Of a DNA stretch of 64,000 nt, positions 39,073 through 49,895 are shown piece by piece. Both the position numbers and the translations under genes were made by a program. Below the pieces are notes generated by a model. It had not been told where the DNA came from and did not search any database. It saw only the letters and a list, made by a program, of their open reading frames with translations. Origin of the DNA: a virus (taxonomy: Duplodnaviria; Caudoviricetes). The stretch lies in IMG/VR virus record IMGVR_UViG_2811995239_000002, positions 1 to 64,000 of that record; one strand, written 5' to 3'. Position 1 is the stretch's first letter; every line of letters begins with the position of its first letter.

Positions 39073-41566
39073 AATTCAGCGTCTGCCTGGTGCGCCTAAG
39101 CAGCGCGGCCGCCTTGAGCCAGGTCAACGCATGATCGACTGGCTTGATAGTCAGAAATTGCACAGCAATGTGATTGTTAAGCTGAACGGAAAGGAGCTGA
39201 ATGACGAATTTGATATCGGATACCGGTTTAAAGTCGACGATCACCTGTCTGTGTTCGATCAGCCCCAAAACATGGGCGGACTGAAAGATATCATTAAATT
39301 GTCTGCACCGTGGGAGGCACTTAACCCGATCCGCCTGACCAAGAAAGGTATGGCGGCGTTGCAGAAATTCCTGGTTGGTGATGTTAAAAAATCACCGTCA
39401 GTTGCAACGGGTGAGTCACCAAATAACGATTTAACCGGTCAGACGAACGTCGCTCGCCTGTACAAAGGGCGCCCGAATATTTACGGCCAGGTTCGCGCAT
39501 ATCCTGACCTGATTCAGGAGTCACTGTTCGAGTACATCGATAACAAGAAATATGTCACCGAGTTCATGGAAATTGGGTATGGGCGTTATGATATATCATC
39601 CGTCCGCTACTCAGAATCGTCGCTTATTGCAATGGCCGGAGCCAGTTACCAGATTTATCAGCCAGGTGAGGTAATTGGCACGATTAACGAGGGATATGCT
39701 TTCGATGATGTTGACGGTCAGGAACTTGACGGGCCGGATAAAGCGACCGGTGAAATAGTTCAGCAGGCAACGACAAACAGCATTGTTGAAGGTATTTATG
39801 CCGGCGGCCAGATCTCTGTCAGATTAGTAAAAAACAACGATTTTGATTATTTTTTCGATGCAGTTAAGCCACTTGATGTGACGTTTATTCTTAACGTAAC
39901 GTACAACACCGCATCGGGAGCAGTCACAAAAAACATTACTGTAAATGGCACGCTCATCAGTGCAACGCTCACAGACGACGGCGCGATTATAGATCCGGTG
40001 CAATGGTACACATTTGTCTTTAATGACCTTACCGGCGCAGACATCAATGAAACGCCAGCCACAGCGACGATTAACACCACATACTTTCAGATAACGCAGT
40101 ACGAAAGCCTTGCCGTAGGCCCGTTCTTTGCGGCTGTAGAGTCAACCTATCTCTGGATCCATATGTCCGCAAACCAGGCGAACGGGAAAAAGGGACCTGT
40201 GTTGCTCACATGGTGGAAAGTCGATGACGATAACAACATCATCCCCGGCACGCAGCAGTCAATGCAAGTGAATGTTAATAACAACACCGGGTACTACGAC
40301 TATGTGTATTACACATACAAAATTCAGCCAACAGCAGGAAAAGGACGGTATGCGTTTACTGCAAGGCGACTGAATAATGCCGCCAACGATAACACCGTTT
40401 ATCTGCTTGCGGCCCATTCGATAAATATCAGACAGAACGTTGTTTATCCGGCTGACACGCTCGTTAAGCTAACAGTAATGGAGACGGAAAACGCCTCCGG
40501 CATCAAAGAGCGCAAATACAACCTGCTGGCCCAGCGCCGGGTCATTTCATACAACCGCACCACAGGTGAAGTGGATTACACACTGCGCGCGTCACGGTCG
40601 TTCGCTGATGCTGTTTTGCATGAGTGGGTGATGGTTGCTAAGCAGGACGTTAACCGGCTTGACCTGCCGACGCTGTACGCAATTGCAGACAGCCTTGATG
40701 ACGAGCGGTTAGGGTATTTCGATTACACCTTCTCTGATGCGAAACAGTCCCTCGGTGAGCGCATTCAGACAATCTGCAACGCTGCCCGTGTGGACATCAA
40801 CTGGATAGGAGACATGCTGACGTTCTGGCGAGACGAGAAAGTGGATGTTCCGGCGGCGGTATTTGGGCGTAGTAATATGTTCTGGGATGAGTTCAGAATG
40901 GGGTACTCAATGAGTCTCCCGAATGGATATGATGGAATAACCCTGGACTACACAGACCCGCGCACAAACAAGAAGGCCTACATCTACCTCTCTGTTTCAA
41001 CTGATGGGATAAGTGAAGTTCCGGCATCAACAGAGAACGCGATGACGATAAGCCTGGCCGGATGCCGCAATGAGTTGCAGGCGCTCAACCGGGCGTATCT
41101 GGAAGCAAATCGTCTTGTACATTCACGCCTGAGTATGACTGTGAAAGTTTTCGAAACCACACAGGTTGTGCGCGGCGCCGTGATCCAGTGCCCTGATATG
41201 TACGACAACGAACAGCAGACAGGATATCTGAAGGGAAGAGACGGAAATGTTTTCCTCACATCTGAGCGACTGTCATTCCCCGGAGATATGTGGGTGGTTA
41301 TGACGGACAGTCTGGGGAATTATCAGGGACGTTACCGGGCTTATCCTGTCGACGGAAATCCTAAAGCATTCTCGGCAGCGGCCGAGGCGTTCGACCTGAA
41401 TATCTATGACGGGAGAACCGTGCAGACCCCATCGCGCTACTTTCTGGCAAGCAGCGAAGAGCTTAATTCAACGCTCTGGCGGGTGGAGTCGTCGAAACCC
41501 AATGGCGATGACACCCAAACTCTTTCTGTCGTTGAGTACGGCGACAGTATTTATCTGAACGACTAA
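39059..41566 (+). CDS. Central tail hub/host-specificity protein J-like
   Basis: PNIYGQVRAYPDL, large tail-tip gene. Confidence 0.82.
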   Translation: MATFEIQRLPGAPKQRGRLEPGQRMIDWLDSQKLHSNVIVKLNGKELNDEFDIGYRFKVDDHLSVFDQPQNMGGLKDIIKLSAPWEALNPIRLTKKGMAALQKFLVGDVKKSPSVATGESPNNDLTGQTNVARLYKGRPNIYGQVRAYPDLIQESLFEYIDNKKYVTEFMEIGYGRYDISSVRYSESSLIAMAGASYQIYQPGEVIGTINEGYAFDDVDGQELDGPDKATGEIVQQATTNSIVEGIYAGGQISVRLVKNNDFDYFFDAVKPLDVTFILNVTYNTASGAVTKNITVNGTLISATLTDDGAIIDPVQWYTFVFNDLTGADINETPATATINTTYFQITQYESLAVGPFFAAVESTYLWIHMSANQANGKKGPVLLTWWKVDDDNNIIPGTQQSMQVNVNNNTGYYDYVYYTYKIQPTAGKGRYAFTARRLNNAANDNTVYLLAAHSINIRQNVVYPADTLVKLTVMETENASGIKERKYNLLAQRRVISYNRTTGEVDYTLRASRSFADAVLHEWVMVAKQDVNRLDLPTLYAIADSLDDERLGYFDYTFSDAKQSLGERIQTICNAARVDINWIGDMLTFWRDEKVDVPAAVFGRSNMFWDEFRMGYSMSLPNGYDGITLDYTDPRTNKKAYIYLSVSTDGISEVPASTENAMTISLAGCRNELQALNRAYLEANRLVHSRLSMTVKVFETTQVVRGAVIQCPDMYDNEQQTGYLKGRDGNVFLTSERLSFPGDMWVVMTDSLGNYQGRYRAYPVDGNPKAFSAAAEAFDLNIYDGRTVQTPSRYFLASSEELNSTLWRVESSKPNGDDTQTLSVVEYGDSIYLND

Positions 41567-41630
41567 CCAGTATTTAACAATCCTGCTTCGGGTATATCCC
41601 GTGGCACCCTTGCGCCTGTAAGAGAGAAAT

Positions 41631-43889
41631 ATGGCTAATTCATATCAGAATATCCCTGTTCCTACCCCAACACAGAACCCCGTACCGAGTGCAGACATCC
41701 GCGACCATGTGTTTGCCGGTTCTAAACTTGATGAGTTCGTGACATCAATGGGGTGGACATACACAGATCGGTTTGGTGGTAAACACTACACAATTGAGGG
41801 GCTGCGGTGGCTGGCACAGCAAGCCATCTCACAGTACGGCTATATAACACTGGATTCGTTTGAAACTGGTAACACCATTACGCTTCCCAATCAAGTGCTT
41901 CGACTTGAAACAACTGGTGAATATTACCGTTGGGACGGGGCTCTACCGAAAGAAGTACCTGCTGGCTCAACTCCAGAATCAACGGGGGGAGTAGGGACCG
42001 GTGCGTGGATAGGCGTTGGTGATGCAGCACTTCGTGGCCAATTAGCATCTTCTGAAGGTGCTTCTATTGTTAGGGCTTCAGATGGCCGCACGGTTGAGCA
42101 GTGGCTTGTCGCGTCTGATTCAGCTTCGTATCGTGCCAAGAATATAGCCAAATTGGCATGGGTGGATTACCAGGTCCATAACCGTGGTGATATTGGGGTT
42201 TGCTTCCTGGGTGACTCTATCACGGCCGGCTATGACCAGACATCTTCTGATGTAATTCCACCGCAGGATGGTGATTGGGCAACCAGGGCAACAATGAACT
42301 ATCCATATCGGTTTGCAGATTTTCTAAAAGAAAAATCAGGATGTGGTGTAAGTCCTTTTGTTATGCGGGCAATTTCCGGGTACACCGCTAAAAATGCATA
42401 CGAAAAGCCAGAGTGGGAATCAAACCCTAACTGTGATGTTGTGATTATCAATTACGGCATTAACGACTCCGGTAGCGCTGGAACTGGCATAGAAGATTAT
42501 ATGTCATATATGGAAAAGTTAATTCGCCGATATATCGACTTTGGCGCTGCGGTTATTATCTGCACTCCTTATTGTGGGTTGAATGGAGCCTGGAGCCCAA
42601 CGTGGTTGCAGTGGGGTCGACGCATGCGGATGATGGCTACTATCTACGGTTGCCCTTGCTTTGATTCCTTCGAAACCAACCTGCATAGATATGGTGGGGC
42701 GGTTCAATCTGATCAACATCATATGAATTCGATGGGATACTCCATCATGGGGGAAAAGATCGCTTCTATGATGATGGCTGGAGGTCTTCTGGATTCATAC
42801 AAACCATTAGTCAATGAGTATACTGTTTGGCCGGGGATGTTCTGTGATTCAGTTGGGTGGTGTGACGCATTTGGGAATATATCAACTGGAATGGTTGATG
42901 GCGCTTATGTGCGACATAAAATTTCAGGGGCTATGCCAGAAGGGCAGAAGTCATTAGTATCCTTTAGTTTTTATCTGGATGCTGAAGCAGCACATATATA
43001 TTCAAAGTTAACTGGAGTCATCGCAACAAACTATACAAACGGTACGGAATGGAATAATAACGCGCAGCCGTATTATATCCATTCGTCAGACCAGACCATG
43101 TCATATGGCATGGAAATTGAACGTTCCCCTAAGTCGGCAGTAGACTATAGAGGAGCGCCCGGTACAAACAAATTTATTGGTCGTGTAATTGGTCGAGGAT
43201 GGCATACTATCTCTTTCTCAAAGGGGATTGATGACCCTATTGCGTATATTCAGTCCTTAACAATTCAGCCTATACCGGTTGGATTGTCTACCGAACAGAT
43301 GTGGGGGCAGGCAGAAGAACGCAGATACAAAGTTGTGCAATGTAAGAAAATTCCATCGCCTTCCGGTCAGAATGGCTCCTTACCTTCAGCAGTTGCATTG
43401 AACAATTTTTACATGAAAGCTCCACAGTCTATTCTGGGGACTGGCAGTAACTTCTATAATCTGCCAGTGCCGAATCACTACAACTCATCCCATGCCAAAT
43501 TGATAATTACCAATGCGGCTGGAATGTATATTGAAGCGCTGGTTGTAAAAACAACAAACAGTGGCGGCATGCTTAACGTACGCATACTGAACTCAACACT
43601 TGATAGTGGAGACACCCCCGGCATAACTTGCCAATTTGCAACATCAAAACGCAATATTGTCTACGGCGCTGGGGCTGTTGACGATAATCAACCGTGGGTC
43701 GCAATTGATGACTACAACGGCGGCATGCAGTTACAAAACATTAACTCGTCAGATATGGCTTGGGTTGGTGGGGTTTACCTCGCATTCAACCTAACATGGC
43801 CTGGAACAGCCCCAACTGGTTACTGGAATATTGAACTTTGTGGATCGGACTGGTTCGGTAATTCAGAGTCGGCATTTGGCGCGTACTAG
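41631..43889 (+). CDS. Tailspike with SGNH/GDSL esterase domain
   Basis: N-terminal anchor [10 protein letters not shown]; GDSIT, AISG, NYGIND, DQHH SGNH blocks. Confidence 0.85.
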   Translation: MANSYQNIPVPTPTQNPVPSADIRDHVFAGSKLDEFVTSMGWTYTDRFGGKHYTIEGLRWLAQQAISQYGYITLDSFETGNTITLPNQVLRLETTGEYYRWDGALPKEVPAGSTPESTGGVGTGAWIGVGDAALRGQLASSEGASIVRASDGRTVEQWLVASDSASYRAKNIAKLAWVDYQVHNRGDIGVCFLGDSITAGYDQTSSDVIPPQDGDWATRATMNYPYRFADFLKEKSGCGVSPFVMRAISGYTAKNAYEKPEWESNPNCDVVIINYGINDSGSAGTGIEDYMSYMEKLIRRYIDFGAAVIICTPYCGLNGAWSPTWLQWGRRMRMMATIYGCPCFDSFETNLHRYGGAVQSDQHHMNSMGYSIMGEKIASMMMAGGLLDSYKPLVNEYTVWPGMFCDSVGWCDAFGNISTGMVDGAYVRHKISGAMPEGQKSLVSFSFYLDAEAAHIYSKLTGVIATNYTNGTEWNNNAQPYYIHSSDQTMSYGMEIERSPKSAVDYRGAPGTNKFIGRVIGRGWHTISFSKGIDDPIAYIQSLTIQPIPVGLSTEQMWGQAEERRYKVVQCKKIPSPSGQNGSLPSAVALNNFYMKAPQSILGTGSNFYNLPVPNHYNSSHAKLIITNAAGMYIEALVVKTTNSGGMLNVRILNSTLDSGDTPGITCQFATSKRNIVYGAGAVDDNQPWVAIDDYNGGMQLQNINSSDMAWVGGVYLAFNLTWPGTAPTGYWNIELCGSDWFGNSESAFGAY

Positions 43890-43896
43890 TGTAAAA

Positions 43897-43938
43897 CTAT
43901 TGCACCCAAGCATACTTTTAATGTCTGGGTGCAATTTA
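43897..43938. terminator. Bidirectional hairpin between convergent tailspike and acyltransferase
   Basis: ATTGCACCCA...TGGGTGCAAT inverted repeat. Confidence 0.55.
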
Positions 43939-45066
43939 CTAGTTGGCTGTAAGTTTCCTTGCGAGTTTTATTGTAGGTTTCTCGATGTATTTATAAGTTA
44001 TGAAAGATATCAACAAGCATATAAAAACAAACAAAGTCAAACCGCCAAATCCATGCATTTTATCCCATAAGTCTGGGTAATGCTTTTGTATCACTCTAAT
44101 AACGATCCAGTGAACCAAATAAAGAGAATAAGATATATCACCTAAAAATGATAAAGGTTTAATTTCTTTTTTTATTACGTCCTCTGAAATTAGCGCAGCA
44201 ATAACAAGTATAACTGAGGGCCAAAGCATTCCTGTTACACCCTGCCTTATCCACCCATGAAAGAACATTAAGTAAACAAAAGACGACAGTAACACCAAGG
44301 AAACACATGCTTTAATTTTTGTGTTTGTATTTTTAAGTGCGTGTCTATACTTCATAAATAAGAATGCAATAAATATCCCGAATGCGAATTCCCAAAACAT
44401 AGTATTTGATAGTATTTTAAGAGGTGATTCAGACACCGATGTAAGTATGAACTCAGCCTTTGCATTTGAAATAATTAAGAAAGACCCGTTAAAGTAGTAC
44501 TGTATTATAATAGGGAGTAAAATAAGACAAATCCCGGAAAGCAACCCTCTGAATGTATGCGATATGCAGCCGCAAACACAGAATATTAAGTAAAAATATA
44601 TTTCATATGTCAGCGTCCATGCTGGTCCAACAAAATTATACTTATAAGTAGGCGCATTAGCATTATAATCGATATGGAAAAGAAAATAAGACTTTACCAT
44701 ATCAATAACTCTAGGGTTGTTATAGTAAAAAACAAAGACAGCAATCCACGCAAATGTGAATACGGGGTAGATCCTTAGGAATCTTTTTATTATAAATGTT
44801 TTTACGTTTAGTTCTTTTTTATTATGCGTTATGTAGTATATAATAAATCCGCTCATTATAAAGAATATATCAACACCAATAAATCCATTTACTACAAACT
44901 TATTCCACGCATTTCCCATTAGGTCTTTAGAGTGATAAAGAACAACAAACAGCGCTGCAAACCCTCTCAAATACTGAATTGAGTAAATTTTATCAGAAAT
45001 TGTTTTATCTCTAAATACATAAGTATCATTAGAATAGACAGCATTCTGGTTATTAAATATTGACAT
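43939..45066 (-). CDS. Acyltransferase-3 (Oac/OafA-like O-antigen O-acetyltransferase) moron
   Basis: IQYLRGFAA..VV.YH, GVDIFFIMSGF, WTL.YEIYFY, GDISYSLYLVH, IEKP; very AT-rich, multi-TM. Confidence 0.9.
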   Translation of the reverse strand: MSIFNNQNAVYSNDTYVFRDKTISDKIYSIQYLRGFAALFVVLYHSKDLMGNAWNKFVVNGFIGVDIFFIMSGFIIYYITHNKKELNVKTFIIKRFLRIYPVFTFAWIAVFVFYYNNPRVIDMVKSYFLFHIDYNANAPTYKYNFVGPAWTLTYEIYFYLIFCVCGCISHTFRGLLSGICLILLPIIIQYYFNGSFLIISNAKAEFILTSVSESPLKILSNTMFWEFAFGIFIAFLFMKYRHALKNTNTKIKACVSLVLLSSFVYLMFFHGWIRQGVTGMLWPSVILVIAALISEDVIKKEIKPLSFLGDISYSLYLVHWIVIRVIQKHYPDLWDKMHGFGGLTLFVFICLLISFITYKYIEKPTIKLARKLTAN

Positions 45067-45464
45067 TTTAAGCCTTTTATTTTGCTTATAATACTTTAGA
45101 CATCAAACTCTACCATAGTTGCACTTTCTACAACAGCAATCAAAGTATATCTATATAGGGCGCGGCCTGTTTACCTGTAAGATATAGTCAGGATTCTGAC
45201 CGCCGCACCTCCTATCCTCACGCCGCTACTCGTTTTTCTCGCAGGGAGTTCGGCATGGGAGGTGACGTGTAATTTTTGTTCAGTAATGCCAGAGTATGGC
45301 GGAGACTGTGATTTAAGTTGCCGCATCAGAGCGTATGCAAGACACTTATGCGGCCAGCTGGCGATCGTTCGATAGTGCGAATATAGAATGGTTGGCAACT
45401 GCTGCGACGATACAACGACGCATGGGCTGGTGAGTTTGATGATTGTCCGGCGATGTATGTGGCA

Positions 45465-46634
45465 CTATTCCACCTTTTCATCTAACCAATCAGCCCACCA
45501 TTGCATCATCTCCCGTCGCGTGTCGAGATAAGCCGCGTGATTGTACACTGACCGAGTACCACCGCTAACGTGCGCCAGTTGCATTTCTATCGCGTCTCTG
45601 TTCCAGTGCTTCTCGTTGAGAACGGTACTGAACTGGTGACGGAATCCGTGCCCGCTTGCCTGGCCTTCATATCCAATATTGCGGATCACGCCTAACACTG
45701 CGTTTTCGCTGATCGGTTTCTTCCTGTCGCTGCGTCCAGGGAAACACAATTCATACTGGCCGGTTATCTGTTGCAGAAACCTGAACAACTCCATGACCTG
45801 ATCTGACATCGGGACAACATGCAACTTTCTCCCTTTCATGACGGAAGGATCAACGCTGATTAACCTGTTTTCATAGTCAATTCCCGTCCATACCAACGAT
45901 CGAAGCTCAACTGTACGCATGGCCGTATAGTGAAGAATCTGTGTTGCTATCTTAGAGATAACCCATCCACCGTAACCGTTAAGAGCCTTCTGGAACTCGT
46001 GTATGCGGTGCATGGGAAGGAATGGGTAGTTTTTCTTCCTGTATCCTCGCATGGCTCCTGCCAGGTCTCTGGATGGATTGTATTTAGCCCTGCCAGTTAC
46101 GATCGCATAACTGAACACTTCCCCGCATCTTCGCCTCGCCTTATCAGCGCGCTCCATTGCGCCTCTGTCTTCGAACAGCCTGATGATCTTCAGTAGCACC
46201 ATAGGCTCAACATCTTCCATTTTCAGATGACCGATGACCGGCAGTATGTCGTCGGTGAACATGCTCATCATCTCGTCAGCATATCCCTTCGACCACACCT
46301 TTGATTTGTGCGCATGCCACTCACGGAAGATATCTCCGAACGAATCAGCCGCAGCTTCCTTCTCTTTCTTCTTTATGGCCTGTTTCTGCTCTGCCGGGTC
46401 CACACCTGCCAGCAACTTCATTTTTGCTTCTGACTGTTTTGCCCGTGCTTCAGTGAGGGAAATTTCAGGATAGGGGCCAATGACCAGCGTCTTTTCCTTG
46501 CCATCGAACCGGTAACGCATGCGCCACACCTTTTTACCTGATGGTGGAACGAACAGGAAAAGGCCTCCGGCATCTGCGAGGCGATATGATTTTTCCGCAG
46601 GCCTGGCTGCGTCTATTTGCTTTACCGTAAGCAT
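45465..46634 (-). CDS. int: Tyrosine integrase of prophage A (IntS/Sf6-like)
   Basis: Arm-binding N-term, MRTVE, HGFR, QLAH, YNHA. Confidence 0.95.
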   Translation of the reverse strand: MLTVKQIDAARPAEKSYRLADAGGLFLFVPPSGKKVWRMRYRFDGKEKTLVIGPYPEISLTEARAKQSEAKMKLLAGVDPAEQKQAIKKKEKEAAADSFGDIFREWHAHKSKVWSKGYADEMMSMFTDDILPVIGHLKMEDVEPMVLLKIIRLFEDRGAMERADKARRRCGEVFSYAIVTGRAKYNPSRDLAGAMRGYRKKNYPFLPMHRIHEFQKALNGYGGWVISKIATQILHYTAMRTVELRSLVWTGIDYENRLISVDPSVMKGRKLHVVPMSDQVMELFRFLQQITGQYELCFPGRSDRKKPISENAVLGVIRNIGYEGQASGHGFRHQFSTVLNEKHWNRDAIEMQLAHVSGGTRSVYNHAAYLDTRREMMQWWADWLDEKVE

Positions 46635-46686
46635 GTGGGCATAAATCCGTGGTCATTTTGCTGTGTGCCCACAATATGCCCGCAAA
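46633..46686. promoter_or_regulatory. Putative integrase arm-type sites (prophage A)
   Basis: TGTGGGCAT / CGTGGTCAT and inverted GTGCCCACA / ATGCCCGCA repeats. Confidence 0.5.
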
Positions 46687-46797
46687 AGTTTGGCGTAGTC
46701 AATTCTCTTTGGTTCGCTTCGGTTGTATAAGAACTTTGAATTATTAAGGTGTGATGGGCGTTACGTTCTGGTGTGGAGTGGTGGGTTCGTTTTGAAA

Positions 46798-46872
46798 TGG
46801 TGTCCCCTGCAGGAATCGAACCTGCAACTAGCCCTTAGGAGGGGCTCGTTATATCCATTTAACTAAGGAGAC
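46798..46872 (-). tRNA. argW: tRNA-Arg (CCT), argW type; integration site
   Basis: 75 nt, anticodon loop CTCCTAA, GGTTCGATTCC, CCA. Confidence 0.95.
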
Positions 46873-47012
46873 GTAGAACTAACTGATTTTTAAGTGTTCT
46901 GCTTGCTTCGCATGTTATCCTATCAGCCCACGCCCCATCAAGCATTTCATTCCTTTTATTTCCCTTCCTTTCTTATCCATTCGTCTAAAAAATCACTTCG
47001 TTCACTTGCCAT

Positions 47013-47057
47013 TGCGTACAGATTGAGTACAGAATGCTGAAATTCAGTGTGTACAGG
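47013..47057 (+). promoter_or_regulatory. Putative arm-type sites of prophage B integrase
   Basis: Three TGNGTACAG direct repeats. Confidence 0.5.
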
Positions 47058-47067
47058 ATACAAAGCC

Positions 47068-48237
47068 GTGGCCCTCAGTGATACCAAACTTCGCAGCATC
47101 AACGCCAAGCCTTATAACGGCGCCCCCGAAGTCACAGATGGTGACGGACTGAGTGTACGTATTACCCCAACCGGAACGATTACGTTTCAGTACCGTTACC
47201 GCTGGAACGGTAAGCCTGTCCGTCTTTCTGTTGGCAGATACCCTGCAACGTCTCTCAAAGAGGCTCGCGTGATTGTCGGTGAAATGCGCGAATTGTACAT
47301 CAAGGGGCTGAACCCTAAAAATTATTTTGCCAAAGAAGATGGTGAGTTAACGCTGAAGGAATGTCTTGATCAGTGGTGGACTAAATACGTTGAGACACTC
47401 AAGCCCAACACGCAGACGCTGTATAAGTCAGTTGTGTACAACACCATGTACAAAGAATTCCAGGATGCACCGGTAGTCAATATCCCCGTTTCATCCTGGG
47501 TCAGGTTCTTCGATAAGCAGGAAAAGAAGAACGGCAAGAAAGCCAGAGTATTACTTCTCCAGCTACGATCAGTGATGAACTGGTGCATCAGCCGTCAGTT
47601 GATCACATCATGTGAAGTATTGAAACTCAGCGTAAAAACCATTGGGAAAAAGCCAGATGTTGGTAGCCGGGTTCTCACCTATACCGAGCTTGCAAAGGTC
47701 TGGCTGGCGCTGGAAAACAGCAAGATCGTTACATCCAACAAAGTTCTTCATCAGTTGTTGTTGCTATGGGGGGCTCGACTGTCAGAGTTGCGACTGGCTA
47801 CCGCAAGCGAGTTCAACATGGATGATCTGATTTGGACTACGCCGGAAGATCATTCCAAGATGGGTAATGTCATCCGCAGGCCTGTATTCGATCAGGTAAA
47901 GCCCTATATTGAAAGGCTGCTAAACGCAGGTAATGACGTTATTTTTCCAGGACAAAAGCTGGACAAGGCAATAGACCGATCGTCGGCAAATCTCTACATG
48001 AAAAAGTTAAGGGAAAAAATAGACATACCGGAGTGGCGAACACATGACTTTCGGCGTTCACTGGTAACAAATTTGTCAGGGGAGGGAGTTATGCCCCACG
48101 TTCTGGAAAAGATGCTGGGGCATGAGCTTGGGGGAGTGATGGCGGTTTATAACAAACACGACTGGCTGGTGGAGCAGAAAGATGCTTATGAACTGTATGC
48201 CGATAAAATATTCTGGCATATTAAACAGCTCGGTTAA
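47068..48237 (+). CDS. int: Tyrosine integrase of prophage B
   Basis: LSDTKLR, DGDGLSVR, GARLSE, HDFRR, LGH, YN. Confidence 0.95.
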   Translation: MALSDTKLRSINAKPYNGAPEVTDGDGLSVRITPTGTITFQYRYRWNGKPVRLSVGRYPATSLKEARVIVGEMRELYIKGLNPKNYFAKEDGELTLKECLDQWWTKYVETLKPNTQTLYKSVVYNTMYKEFQDAPVVNIPVSSWVRFFDKQEKKNGKKARVLLLQLRSVMNWCISRQLITSCEVLKLSVKTIGKKPDVGSRVLTYTELAKVWLALENSKIVTSNKVLHQLLLLWGARLSELRLATASEFNMDDLIWTTPEDHSKMGNVIRRPVFDQVKPYIERLLNAGNDVIFPGQKLDKAIDRSSANLYMKKLREKIDIPEWRTHDFRRSLVTNLSGEGVMPHVLEKMLGHELGGVMAVYNKHDWLVEQKDAYELYADKIFWHIKQLG

Positions 48238-48406
48238 CGCCGCCTTCATCTATCCATTTCATAACTGCCTTTCGGCTATATCTGGATGGGTAGGTGAGAA
48301 CAGGATCGGGAAAACCGTGTTCTTTACGTAAACGCCAGACAGCCGTCTTTTTCTTTTTGAGCAGGTCGAAAACTTCCTGCTCTTCCATAAAATCGGTAGT
48401 AGTCAT
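48221..48406 (-). CDS. Excisionase-like HTH protein
   Basis: GFPDPV...YSRKAVMKW, convergent with int. Confidence 0.75.
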   Translation of the reverse strand: MTTTDFMEEQEVFDLLKKKKTAVWRLRKEHGFPDPVLTYPSRYSRKAVMKWIDEGGVNRAV

Positions 48407-48487
48407 AAGCACCTCATCAAAAATTACCGTTAAAAATACATGTTCCACATCCGCCGCGTGCGCCTTCAGTACAGACACCGCAACGAT

Positions 48488-49273
48488 CTACTTTTTTTGT
48501 GATGGATTAACCTCATACTGAGGTGCAGCAGCCAGCATCGCTGCCCAGCACAACTCAGCCCGGCGCGCTGCCTTGCGGCATCCGCTTAATGCTTCGTATT
48601 CCTCCCACTCTTTTTCATCGCTGAAGTGTGGATCTGGAACAGATTCGAAGCCGTTAACAATCATGTCTTCTGTCGGGACGATAGGCACCAGTACGTAACC
48701 GGGTGGTGCAAAGTAGCGGACTTCTACCGTTCTGTCTGGCCCGGATGCCAGGTCAACGCCAATCACCGGAGAGTTGCCAGCCTCCTTGATGTGAAGACGC
48801 GGCTCACCGTCTTTCGGTTCCGGCCACTGGCGTGCCATGTTCACCTTCAGCTTTTCTTCCATCGCTGCTGTTATTTCACCGTCACTGATACCGGCGCGGC
48901 GCTGGGCGTCCCATAACAGGAACTGCATATCAGCCCACTCGCTGAGGTCGTCAGGTTCGGCTGCGGCTTCCAGCGCTTCTTTGCTGAGGTGCTTAAGTGG
49001 CCCAATCGGGCCGACATTGCCGAACGTCTTATCTGACCATTCAGCGTGGCGTCGCCGAATTAAATTGCGCAGTTGAAGCGATGAGCCTTTCTCCTCTGGC
49101 AACTCATCACGATTACTTACAGGCTCATCGTTATGAGCATCACGCAGAGCGTAAAAGACTTTATTACGCAATTCGTTGAACTCGTCAGAGCGAATATCTT
49201 CAGCGCGGTACGGCGGCGCCATTAAGCTATAAACTATCGACAACTCACGCTGCGATAACTGGATAGTTTTCAC
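48488..49273 (-). CDS. DUF550 / dATP-dGTP pyrophosphohydrolase domain protein
   Basis: WSDKTFG, LKHLSKEALE, EWADMQFLLWDA. Confidence 0.8.
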   Translation of the reverse strand: MKTIQLSQRELSIVYSLMAPPYRAEDIRSDEFNELRNKVFYALRDAHNDEPVSNRDELPEEKGSSLQLRNLIRRRHAEWSDKTFGNVGPIGPLKHLSKEALEAAAEPDDLSEWADMQFLLWDAQRRAGISDGEITAAMEEKLKVNMARQWPEPKDGEPRLHIKEAGNSPVIGVDLASGPDRTVEVRYFAPPGYVLVPIVPTEDMIVNGFESVPDPHFSDEKEWEEYEALSGCRKAARRAELCWAAMLAAAPQYEVNPSQKK

Positions 49274-49428
49274 GATTTACCTCCCTGAAGCATGGCGGCT
49301 CTTAACTCACGCAGTTCACGTAAGGCGGAAATTATCTGTGAAAATTTCTCGTCAGGAGGTAATGGGCCAGAAGAATTAACCGCTGACTTAATCAGACTGT
49401 CTAACTGCTCATTGGTAATCTTATTCAT
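49270..49428 (-). CDS. 52-aa hypothetical protein
   Basis: Read manually; coupled both sides. Confidence 0.5.
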   Translation of the reverse strand: MNKITNEQLDSLIKSAVNSSGPLPPDEKFSQIISALRELRELRAAMLQGGKS

Positions 49429-49895
49429 ACACCCCTCCTGATTTCCCAGAGAACTCGAGGCACTCCACCATTGCCTACCGGGTCTCGCTTATCTTTCAGC
49501 GCAACGCTTGATGCAGCCCACCCTTTTCTAGATGGAAGCTCCTTAACCTGAACAAATCCAGCAGCACGCAGAGATGCACCTGATTCATCAGCCTGGGTGT
49601 AGGTAATACAGCGAACGTACCCCATTGCCTTCGCTGCACGCCATATAGCCCCGTAAAGAGCACTGTTAGCGTTGCGCTCGCCTGTCGTGCATGTACGGTT
49701 TACTTCAATCGTCAGACCGTCATCGAAGTGTCTGGCCACCGGCCTGCCAGCTGTAGCCACTCCAATAAGTTCACCATCTTCATTTTTCAGCCCAATGCTG
49801 AACTTGTGGCCGCGTGGTGGCTTGTTGTGTCGGTGGTGCTGGGCAACAAACTCCTGAGCGGCGCGAAGAGTAATCGGTGATATCCGCATGCTCAC
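49425..49895 (-). CDS. XF1762-family, Mom-like GNAT-fold protein
   Basis: HHRH..P, GVA..GRPVAR, EVNR.C, ITYT...ESGASLRAAGF. Confidence 0.7.
   Translation of the reverse strand: MSMRISPITLRAAQEFVAQHHRHNKPPRGHKFSIGLKNEDGELIGVATAGRPVARHFDDGLTIEVNRTCTTGERNANSALYGAIWRAAKAMGYVRCITYTQADESGASLRAAGFVQVKELPSRKGWAASSVALKDKRDPVGNGGVPRVLWEIRRGV

Larger units (their letters stand above)
1..46797. mobile_element. Prophage A, lambdoid siphovirus integrated at the 3' side of tRNA-Arg(CCU); left att lies just outside the window
   Basis: Complete lambdoid gene order from excisionase through immunity, replication, Q, lysis, head and tail to integrase adjoining the tRNA. Confidence 0.93.

Noticed and set aside
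45171-45464. ORF 45171-45398 or an ncRNA downstream of integrase A
   Set aside because: No RBS or recognisable protein; some pairing potential but too little to call.
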